From: Tubiluchus corallicola
Taxonomy: Eukaryota; Animalia; Priapulida
NCBI GenBank assembly: GCA_030141605.1
Contig: JAQGDQ010000552.1
Location: forward strand, 80,393-144,392
DNA: 64,000 bases
Direction of reading: 5' to 3'
Below, one piece after another: positions 26,507-38,500 of the stretch. Position 1 is the stretch's first letter, and each line of letters begins with the position of its first letter. Made by a program: the position numbers and the translations under genes. The notes beneath the pieces were generated by a model. That model had not been told where the DNA came from and searched no databases. It worked only from the letters and a program-made list of their open reading frames with translations.

Positions 26507-29500
26507 GTGGTGGTGATGATGATGATGATGAGGATGACTATGATGATGGTGATGATGACGATGGTGATGATGATGACGATGACAATGACGATGGTGATGA
26601 TGATGATGATGATGAAGAGAACGACTATGATGATGGTGATGACGACGACGACGACGATGATAATGATGGTGATGGTGATGACGATGATAACAGTGATGAT
26701 GGTGACGATGGTGATGATGATGATGATGATGATGACGATGGTGATGGTGACGATGATGATGATGTCTACTGATCTTATAGGTCATATTACAATAGGTCAT
26801 TTTCCATAGTTTCGTTGTGCACGTGCAGTTGCTGTAGGTCAAAGGTTAAGTGTACCACAGCAACATGTCTTAACTACAACCATCATGTGGCATGTGGGTA
26901 AAGCAAAGCCATCTGCCGCATCAGTTCAGTAACTTCAGTTGTTTTACATGGACTTTGTCTGTACGTAGAGTGAATTACTAGTAGGATTTTGTTTAGGAAC
27001 AAAAAATGAACTAGTTAAATTTCTAGCTACCTGTTAAAACTGTTACTATTACAACAGCTTGAGCTGCGAGGCATTGTCAAGTGTACAGAAATGCATTGTC
27101 TGGTACATTTAACCTTTGACATTTACACGATCATCATCAATCACTGGAAGTGTGAAAACGCTTATTGCACTCTAGAGCGTATTTCACCACCACAAGCCGA
27201 TCGTAGATTTTTTCGTAGTCAAGTTAGAACTCTCTTTGTCTCTTTAGATGTGATCTGTCGAGTGCGTAACGGCGAGGCCGTCCCTTTCCGTCCGGTCATC
27301 TCCATGCCCAAGGACGTGGATCATAAGATAGTGGATCTGATGACGGCGTGCTGGGATGAAAATCCGGGCGCTCGGCCCGCATTGAGCATCATACGCAAGA
27401 ATTTGAAAAACATGGCCGGAGGAAGGTGGGTAAATTCTGTGAAATGTAAGATGTAACAACAGAGATGAATCTTTGTCTGTTTTTGACTCAAATGGGAACC
27501 ATTTCAACTAGAACACTGATCAGAGCCGGATTACAACCATCTTACGGCCCCTACCAGAAAGAGCCACCCTGTAACTGCTTGAGCAACCGCCTTGAATATT
27601 TCTTACTTATGGTATATTTTAGTGACATTTGGTCACCCGTTCAGTCTGTGAGTCATCGGCTAGTTTCTATTGACTAACTTATCATGGGAATCTGTAGTAT
27701 GTTTAATAATGTCATGATAATTCTGTCATTTCTAAGATTAGTTTCTTTGTAAGTGCGTCGCATTGGTCACCCACTCAGTCTTCGAGTCATCAGCTAGTTT
27801 CTATTGACTAACTTATCATGGGAATCTGTAGTATGTTTAATAATGTCATGATAATTCTGTCATTTCTAAGATTAGTTTCTTGGTAAGTGCGTCGCATTGG
27901 TCACCCACTCAGTCTCCGAGTCATCAGCTAGTGTCTATTGACTAACTTATCATGGGAATGTGTAGTATGTTTAATAATGTCATGATAATTCTGTAATTTC
28001 TAAGATTAGTTTCTTGCTAAGTGCGTCGCATTGGTCACCCACTCAGTCTCCAAGTCATCAGCTAGTGTCTATTGACTAACTTATCATGGGAATCTGTAGT
28101 ATGTTTAATAATGTCATGATAATTCTGTCATTTCTAAGATTAGTTTCTTGGTAAGTGCGTCGCATTGGTCACCCACTCAGTCTCCGAGTCATCAGCCAGT
28201 TTCTGTTGACTAACTTATCATGGGAATGTGTAGTATGTTTAATAATGTCATGATAATTCTGTCATTTCTAAGATTAGTTTCTTGCTAAGTGCGTCGCATT
28301 GGTCACCCACTCAGTCTCCAAGTCATCAGCTAGTGTCTATTGACTAACTTATCATGGGAATCTGTAGTATGTTTAATAATGTCATGATAATTCTGTCATT
28401 TCTAAGATTAGTTTCTTGGTAAGTGCGTCGCATTGGTCACCCACTCAGTCTCCGAGTCATCAGCTAGTTTCTACTGCATATTAACTGATAAACAAAAATT
28501 ACGATTCCACAGCAAATCGACGGAAAGCGTTGTGCCAATTCGTTAATAATTGCGATTACCAAAATTTTTATTTTTATAGCATTTCATATATGTGTGCTTG
28601 CAAACCAAAATCGTCCGTAAGTCGGCATAGTTAAAACTACCTTAAGATGTTTCAAAGTAGAGAAAGCAGCAAAAAAAATGGTCAAATGCCAGTTTTTGTT
28701 TTTTATGAAAACACGCTAAATATATTGGACTTTTATATTCTAGTATCAAATTATCAAGAAAATGTTAAAAAAATACTAAAAATCTAATTTTATAACCCGT
28801 ACCCACTTCTGTGACTAAAAACTAGTCCTGCAATTGTAAAAAAACTTGTATTTCCAAACTCCGATTGTAGCTCATGGAAGCAGCTATTTTGCTTCTGGTT
28901 TTTTCTGTCGGCAAGCCCAAATCTTCGTCAGGAAGAGCCATCTACTGGATTTAAACATGATATAATGTGTTCTTGCAAAGTCCGTAGCAACCAACATTTG
29001 TGCGATTGCTAAGTGTTCTGCAGAAACGCGACAAAAAACAATGGCTGACTTTAACAGTGATTTTCTCAAGATTATGTTATTCAGTGCGCAGCCTGCACCT
29101 CAACTTCAACGTGGATTATCTCAGCTTAGAAAAAACACAGAGTGATGAACTTGGTATCAAAATGATCCTCATGAAATGGAGATTCAGGATATGTGAACAA
29201 CTAGAAAAGCTTAATTGCCGACTTATGGACGATTTTGCTGTGCAAACACACATTTAATATAATATAATCATACTTGTAAATATACTATGCATAGTTGTTA
29301 TTTTGTGTGTGAATAAATGAATGAACAAACCAAACAATTAGTGAAAGTTTAATTACAAGTCTACTCATTGGACATCTGAATGCATGCGGTTATTTTGTCA
29401 GTTTGTGATTTGCTTTTATCATGCTATTTTTGTAGTCAATACGCGCAATGATAAAAGTAGTCCGTTTCCTGCATCCTTGCTCCATCTTGAGGGAGAATGT

Positions 29501-32500
29501 TAAAGTTTTGCATACAGCTAAACCTCTTTATACTGCCTGCTTAAGGACTGCTTAAAAAATTGGCGTTAACTGACTTTGCCATTATAACAAGGTGCACATG
29601 TATATTAGTTTTCTCATTTTAGTTTTTAATTTTTTGCTATCAGTTCAACTATAAATGCCAATATCTTAGCTGCGAAACGACGTAGAGAGCTGAGACTGGT
29701 TCGGAAAAAATCAGCTGCACGAACAGGAGAATAAGAGTATGCATATAACTATAAATTGATACCTAACACGCTATGGATGGGTTTCAGCCCTGCTCAGGGA
29801 TCTTCTGATGACAATCAATCTTTGAAAAAATAGGCAGGGCAGAATAGTAGGTGAACCTACCCAAGCAGTTTTTCATTGGTGACCTATCCATTTAGTACCC
29901 ATCCCAAGGGTTTATCTACACTGACTAATCATAAACATAAAACATTGACTTCTTATGATGATTTCAAAGATATTGAAATGTTTGAATGATGACCTGACCA
30001 GATTTCATCTAAATAAATTAACAACGTTTGCCAGTGCAAGCCAGTTAACATTTGCTCCATTAAGCGTTCAAAAGTAGCAGGCGCATTAACCAGACCAAAA
30101 GGAAGAGTTTTAAACTGCCACAACCCTCTGTGTGTTACAAATGCGGTCTTTTCTTTGTCTTCCGGTGCCATTTCTACTTGGTGGCACCCTGATTTTAAAT
30201 CTAAAGTGGAGAACCACTTGGCACCGGAAAGAGCATCGATTGAATCATCAATGCGAGGCAGGGGATAACTGTCTTTTATTGTAATCGAATTGAAAGCCCT
30301 GTAGTCTATACAGCAGCGCGTTCCTCCATCTTTTTTTCGTACAAGGACCACCGCAGAAGACCAGGGGCTGCAAGACGGTTCAATTACTCCCTGTCTCTGC
30401 ATTTCATCCATTGCTGAATTTAATTCCTCGCGTTGCGCCTGGCCAAGACGCCTTGCTTGAGTCTTAATAGGGTGGTGAGTACCTGTATTAATGCGATGTT
30501 GAACATATATAGATGTTTTGTTTTGCTAAAAATTTGGGTAGTAAGTGAGGTTGCAATTGTATTTCTGTTTGTTTAAGGATCAATCTCTTGGACACCATAC
30601 TTAGTGTGATGGAGTCCTACACTCAGCACATGGAACAAATTCTAGAAGAGAGAACACGACAGATGCTGGATGAGAAGCAGCGCACGGATCGGTTGCTATG
30701 CCGACTGTTGCCACAGTAAACGCTTTCATGAAACACTCAAATTGCAGTGAACTTGACCAAGTTGTGATTCAAAGCAATTTATTAATCAGTTTCTGTAAAC
30801 AATTGAACAATACTCACTGTTTGTTAACAAGTTATATGCAAAGCGTGGCGGCTTGTCAAGTTGTCACAGCGTGTGCTTCTTGAACGAAGTTAAAGAATAC
30901 CGGGTTCAATACTTGGTTTGGGCGGTTTCACAACACTGACCTGTTAATCTCAATGAGGATCTATTCACATCTGAACATGGCCAAATCAACTGTACCAGCC
31001 CAGTGTTTTACCTTAGGCGATTATTCTTAATAACTAGATAGGTGCTGGTCCCACTGCAAGCATCTCTCTTAAGTAGGCCTGCCATTGGGTGCTGGATTCC
31101 AACTTACAGGGTGCCAAACTGCAAAATGTTTCTGATCTCGTAAAATTTGCTTTTGTAAATAAATCAACACAGTACACAGTGAATAGGTGCATTGCCAAGC
31201 ATTTTCCCTCCCTAAGGCCCAGTTCACATGGGGGGTGGGGGGGGGCGCTTGAAGTTTATTTCACATGCAAACCAACCGAGAAGTTTTTTTACTCACATCT
31301 AAATAGTTCTAACGTTCACAGATACCTTCGCAGTTTGCAACTTGTAGAAATTACAATTAAAGGGTTTTATGAATAGTAGACTTGCTAATTTCTTGAAATA
31401 ACTATTAACAAGTTCACATTCTGAGAATACAGATATGTCATAATTATACAGTCAACCTCGGAAGTAAAGGACACCTCGGGACAGGAAAAAAATCGTCCTT
31501 TATATCCGATGTCCCTTATAGCCGCAGTTGAGTCAGACCGAGGGTGTATCTCAGCCTGTACTTTTACCCGTATTTTTATGGATTATTGCTACACAGTCAG
31601 TGCAAACGGTATGTAGGAAGCTCCTTCAGTGATGTGAGATGTATGTGACCGCGGAAACCGAGCTGTTCGAAGGGCGAGTTTGCGAAAAATTGAGGTTAAA
31701 AATCGATCAATTTCTCTTTGGTCATAGGGTCCCTTATATGCGAGGTAATTTACCTGGGTTTCTATTATGTGGCACCTGAAGACATCGTCCCTTATCACCG
31801 AAGGTCCCTTATATTCGAGTACCTGGAATATATTTACATAGGAAAAACATTACGAAAAATCGGGACTGATGTTGGTGGTCCCTATAAGCGCGTGTCCCTT
31901 ATAAGGGAGTACCTTATTCCCGAGGTTGGTTGGTTACTTGTTTTCACGGACATAAACATCAATAAAACAAAAAATTGTCTGTATGTTAAAAAAGAGATCA
32001 AAAAGTTATCTTTTTATGCTGAATCATGTTAAATGTTGTTCGTTAAACAAGAAACAGCAGTTAAATTTTAATGTGAATTCTGCAAGCATTCCTCCAGAAA
32101 GGGGAACATGCTGTGTTTCTACCAATTGGCTAGTTTCCTCATAAGGAGAACGCATAGCTTCTAGCTGGCAGCAGAAATCCTCATGAGGAGAATGCATAGC
32201 TTCTAGCTGGCAGCAGAATTCCTCATGAGGAGAATGCATAGCTTCTAGCTGGCAGCAGAATTCCTCATGAGGAGAACGCATAGCTTCTAGCTGGCAGCAG
32301 AATTCCTCATGAGGAGAACGCATAGCTTCTAGCTGGCAGCAGAATTCCTCATGAGGAGAACGCATAGCTTCTAGCTGGCAGCAGAATTCCTCATGAGGAG
32401 AACGCATAGCTTCTAGCTGGCAGCAGAATTCCTCATGAGGAGAATGCATAGCTTCTAGTTGGCAGCAGAATTCCTCATGAGGAGAATGCATAGCTTCTAG

Positions 32501-35500
32501 CTGGCAGCAGAATTCCTCATGAGGAAAACGCATAGCTTCTAGCTGGCAGCAGAATTCCTCATGAGGAGAATGCATAGCTTCTAGCCGACAGCAGAATTCC
32601 TCATGAGGAGAATGCATAGCTTCTAGCTGGCAGCAGAATTCCTCATGAGGAGAATGCATAGCTTCTAGCTGGCAGCAGAATTCCTCATGAGGAGAATGCA
32701 TGTGCCCCAAAAAGTAGGAATGTCGCAAGGAATTTTTCCTCGAGGTAATTTGCGGCACGCGCTTTGGATGAAACAGATGTAAGAGACACTGGGTTGTCAT
32801 TGTGTCAAGCTAGGTAGTTTGAAATGATGCCGAATATTCAATTTCTGACGTTCTGTTGTTCTTAGGAGCGTGGCGGATGCCCTAAAAGCTGGAAAGACAG
32901 TGATGCCGGAGCACTTTGATATGGTTTCCGTCTACTTCTCAGACATCGTTGGCTTCACGAACATCTCCGCCGACAGCAGCCCTTTGCAGGTAAGAATTAT
33001 GATGCATAACGGATGTTTGTTCTTGTATAGAGCTTAAATGTGCTTGATTACCTTAATAATAGTAGTGGTGGAATGTGGCTGCATGATCTAGTGAACCAGT
33101 TGTGGACCTTGAGAATGCTTTGATGTTACGATGAAAAAAGCATACGTATTAATGATAAAAAGTTTTTATATAATGTAGAGATTAACTTTGTCAGCAAGAG
33201 ATTAATTAATTGAACTTCGCAGCATCTCTCATTAGGTAATTAACTACAGTAACTTAATTAGATTTTATCTTTTTACAGATTGTGAAATTTCTCAATGACC
33301 TTTATTCTTGCTTTGATGACATCACGTCATCTCACGACGTCTACAAGGTAAGTTGACCGCCGGGGCGTCGGAGCCGTGGGGTAGCAGCCCTCCTTGGCCT
33401 TTCCCAAAGGGGGCAGTGCGTGAGCAGAACTTTGCCTTTTTGATGGAAAAATGTGTGGTTATCCACGATTACCCTGAAGAGTTTACGGGAACATTAGCCA
33501 GTTTCACACAAGTGATACTGTACATTGTTACAGTGCAAACGCTGCAGTTACTGAAAGATTTTTCAATTTTTTGATTTTTGAAATTTTTTTTGAAAAATCC
33601 ATTTTTGATTTGTCTAAGGTAAGCAAATGCATTTCATATATAATATCGCCTGAAAATCCATTGTTGTAGGAGTAGAAACCTACAAAAATAATCAAATATG
33701 AGGTAATCGGTGCTTAGTTAGAGCAGTTTTTCACGAACCCGTGCAAAATGCAGCAAATGCTTATGGTCCTGAAGCCCTTAATATGCAATTAACTGTCATG
33801 CACGTTAGTAATAGTCACACCTGCACCTGCCAGGCACACATACATGAATCAGGCTACTGAAAATAGATGCTGGTGCTGTCCTCTGTTGACAAGAAAGTTA
33901 ATATGTATGCCTTACAGTCAAAAACGCGAGCAAAACTTGCAGAATTGCAGGCTGCTGAAAATAAATACAAGTGCTGTTCTCTGTTGACCAGAAAGTTAAT
34001 GTGTAGGCCTTACAGTCAAAAACGTGAGCAAAACTTGCAGAATTGCAGGCTGCTGAAAATAAATACTGGTGCTGTCCTCTGTTGATCAGAAAGTTAATGT
34101 GTAGGCCTTACAGTCAAAAACGTGGGCAAAACTTGCAGAATTGCAGGCTGCTGAAAATAAATACAAGTGCTGTTCTCTGTTGACCAGAAAGTTAATGTGT
34201 AGGCCTTACAGGGAAAAACGTGGGCAAAACTTGCAGAATTGCAGGCTGCTGAAAATAAATACTGGTGCTGTCCTCTGTTGACCAGAAAGTTAATGTGTAT
34301 GCCTTACAGGGAAAAACGTGAGCAAAACTTGCAGAATTGCAGGCTGCTGAAAATAAATACTGGTGCTGTTCTCTGTTGACCAGAAAGTTAATGTGTAGGC
34401 CTTACAGGGAAAAACGTGGGCAAAACTTGCAGAATTGCAGGCTGCTGAAAATAAATACTGGTGCTGTTCTCTGTTGATCAGAAAGTTAATGTGTAGGCCT
34501 TACAGTCAAAAACGTGAGCAAAACTTGCAGAATTGCAGGCTGCTGAAAATAAATACTGGTGCTGTCCTCTGTTGACCAGAAAGTTAATGTGTATGCCTTA
34601 CAGTCAAAAACGTGGGCAAAACTTGCAGAATAGCAGGCTGCTGAAAATAAATACTGGTGCTGTTCTCTGTTGACCAGAAAGTTAATGTGTAGGCCTTACA
34701 GGGAAAAACGTGGGCAAAACTTGCAGAATTGCAGGCTGCTGAAAATAAATACTGGTGCTGTCCTCTGTTGACCAGAAAGTTAATGTGTACGCCTTACAGT
34801 CAAAAACGTGGGCAAAACTTGCAGAATTGCAGGCTGCTGAAAATAAATACTGGTGCTGTCCTCTGTTGACCAGAAAGTTAATGTGTACGCCTTACAGTCA
34901 AAAACGTGGGCAAAACTTGCAGAATTGCAGGCTGCTGAAAATAAATACAGGTGCTGTCCTCTGTTGACCAGAAAGTTAATGTGTAGGCCTTACAGTCAAA
35001 AACGTGAGCAAAACTTGCAGAATTGCAGGCTGCTGAAAATAAATACTGGTGCTGTCCTCTATTGACCAGAAAGTTAATGTGTAGGCGTTACAGTCAAAAA
35101 CGTGAGCAAAACTTGCAGAATTGCAGGCTGCTGAAATTAAATACTGGTGCTGTCCTCTGTTGACCAGAAAGTTAATGTGTAGGCGTTACAGTCAAAAACG
35201 TGGGCAAAACTTGCAGAATTGCAGGCTGCTGAAAATAAATACTGGTGCTGTCCTCTGTTGGCCAGAAAGTTAATGTGTAGGTGTTACAGTCAAAAACGTG
35301 GGCAAAACTTGCAGAATTGCAGGCTGCTGAAAATAAATACTGGTGCTGTCCTCTGTTGGCCTGAAAGTAAAATTGCTGTTATTACTGAATATGTGCTGCA
35401 GTCTGCTGTTGTGTGACTTTTGTGTCTCACATTATAATTTGCAAGATGCTCTGAATTATACCACACAAAGCAGAACTACTTTCTGAAACGACACGATGAA

Positions 35501-38500
35501 GGTGGTTGATGAAAATGGTGGTACTCATGCTGGTGGATGGTGGACAGCCAGCAGCACTGGAAATTATGAAGGGGTGTCGACAGTCATGGTGGTGATAATG
35601 ATTGATAGTTTTGACAACGATGGTGATATGAGTCTGAGTAATCTGCAATCTGTGTTACATTTTTGTTTAAGAAAAAATATTGAATAAGGTCTATCAGTTT
35701 ATTTTCATCTACTTTATTGACCCATTTAACTGCAACAAAAAATATAAGAAAAATTAAATTCAACGACGTAAATTCTAATCCTCAACAAATTTTAATTGAT
35801 GCGCTAAATCGGTGTTACGTAAGCATATGTGAAAGTCATGTTTGAAGTTGTTGATCAGTCACTTTGTTATGATTGAGTTTAGGCACAGAAGTATGAACAA
35901 GAATAAAAAATCTATAATACATGTTTGCACTGCACATAACAGAAAAGTGTTTATTAAACTACAGACACATGAGTAGCATGACTGCTGCACTGAACAGTGA
36001 GAGTGAGAGAGTGACTAGAAAGCAAAACCAGTCGGTATAGAACTTGACCTATGCAGACTTGCACAGGCCTCACAACAACCATTACTTTTAAATAGGGAGA
36101 GGATCAGTGTGTAGGCATTCACTACAATTATACTGAGGGTAAGTCAGCTGGTAGAATGTAACAGGATTAGCCCATAGATGGCAGCACCTAATTATAATGT
36201 ACAATTCCAACTTCCACAAACTGCCTTGAATTCCTCTACAATGTCATCTACAGTTCATTTAATCAGAATATTTAATTGTTTTATGCAAATGAAATGAAAC
36301 GAGAAATCAGACGGACAGCATCTCGGCGCAATTTTTGTTTACAAAAAAAAACAATAGCGGTAATGTTTTGAAAAAATTTCAACACTAATAGATGCACCTC
36401 CAGGTGCAACACTTCGTTAGATAATACAGTCTGTAGTAGTAGCACTGGCAACCTTTGTTTTCTTAAAATATTGTCCTATGCCAGGTACGATAGAAATTCC
36501 ATGGCAGTGAAGAAATTAAATAAATATAAAAGTTAAAAACTCAAGATACGTTAAACAAAGCTTTTTACTTTTTCACAAAATATTAAGTCATTTAAATCCC
36601 ACTGATATAAAGTTAATTTGCATAAATTCCTTGTACACAATAGACACATGTAAGCAGTTAATCTCTTTGTGTCTTTACCACACTCTTGTGAATGTTTTTT
36701 TTATGTTTTTTGCCAAAGTGTTTTATATTATACTGTTTTTATTATACACTGTTTTACTATTGAGTGGGAATAAAATAAATGAAATAAAAATACATCAAAC
36801 AAACTTTCTTTATTAAGATGTTGACTATAGTTGTGCTCTTAGGTAGAAACGATTGGCGACGCGTACATGATCGTGAGCGGATGTCCGATCCGGAACGGGA
36901 AGAGGCACTTCTGTGAGATTGCCAACTGTGCCCTCGACCTCCTGCACTCTGTCGTGGAGTTCAAGATCGCACATCGACCGCACCAGCAATTGCGACTGCG
37001 AATAGGTACGTTATTTCCCATCTAATGCAAATTGTTCAATTTAAATTTAGCTTCACAACAGCTGTTATCAATCTGTTTTTTCCTCGGGCCTCTTACCTGT
37101 CGAATTTTCTACCTCTTAATTGTTTCCTTGTTAACTACAATCTCGACCAATTTAAGAGCATTAACAAGTACTTTCTATCGCAGCAAATTAGCCATACGAA
37201 TTGACAGTTATGCATATGAATTGACAGTTATGCATATGAAATGACAGTTATGCATACAAATTGACAGTTATGCATATGAATTGACAGTTATGCATACGAA
37301 TTGACAGTTATGCATATGAATTGACAGTTATGCATATGAATTGACAGTTATGCATACAAATTGACAGTTATGCATATGAATTGACAGTTATGCATACAAA
37401 TTGACAGTTATGCATATGAATTGTCAGTTATGCATACAAATTGACAGTTATGCATATGAATTGACAGTTATGCATACGAATTGACAGTTATGCAGCGTGC
37501 CACCTTTAATCTATTAGATTTGTTTGAGACAATTTGTTCACAAAACTAGTGGCCATTGATAAATGATTGAATAATGATTGAAACAGTATTGAAAAATATT
37601 TTTGCACCGGCTGTAGATCTGGTACCAGGTACTTACTCACATTCTTGTTGTTGCTCTTGTTGTTGAATGCATACCCTTCATAAAAACTTGTAAGATTTTC
37701 GTAATGAGCTAATTGGATTGTGATCATATCTGCTAGGCATGTACACTGAGGACGCAGTAACAGAGAACTCTTCAGACCTGTCCCCCGTTGACCATTTCGA
37801 AGTAGCCACCAATTGAGCTCTTTAAGCTGAATGCTGCACGATGCTGCCATCTGGCATTGAAAATAATGCGAAAACAATTTACACTTCCTTTAAAATGCTA
37901 TTTTTCCGCTAGTATATATTCGTGAAATTGCATGTGGCATTCGATGCTGGCATCTACGTGCATGCTAAAGGCGTAACAGAGTCCGAATGAAGATATTTCC
38001 CTTCGGGGGTACCTTTGGTGGGATCCCAAAAAATTTTATTTCTGCTATCTTTATGAAGCTGAATGCAGCTTTGGGTGCTGGCAAAGACCAACATATCATG
38101 ACCCATGCATATCAAGGGCGCAATGTGGTAACAGAACCCCCGAACTTCAATTTTTTCCGCCGTGGTGGATTGGAGCAAAGGTGTGTTTGCTTTAAATAAA
38201 AGTTCAGTCTCAGCACTCTTTATTTTTTCATTTGAGAAAATGTGGTATGCGAGGTGCAAAATTGAAAAGAATACAAAATTTAAGACAGCAGTAAACATTG
38301 AACTAGAATTAGCCATGTACTTTTACAAACCTACACGTCAAATCATTTTTATAATCACCGAGTAAATTATACTATCATGGAAGATGCTGCCCTCTACCGG
38401 TAATGTAGATAACTAGCGCTATATGTTTATAAACATTGGCAAAAGCACGAAGCAAATAGGATTAGGAAAAAGCTGTGAAGCAAGTACTCCCCCTTCCAAA

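Noticed and set aside
26435-26842. Poly-His and poly-Met ORFs
   Set aside because: Translations of an intronic (GAT)n microsatellite.
32024-32800. 258-aa Cys/His-rich repeat ORF
   Set aside because: A 42-bp minisatellite open by chance; near-identical DNA units with no synonymous-site pattern.
33850-35365. Possible CRISPR-like arrays (also 37195 and 54160)
   Set aside because: Units are contiguous with no unique spacers; eukaryotic introns; no cas genes.
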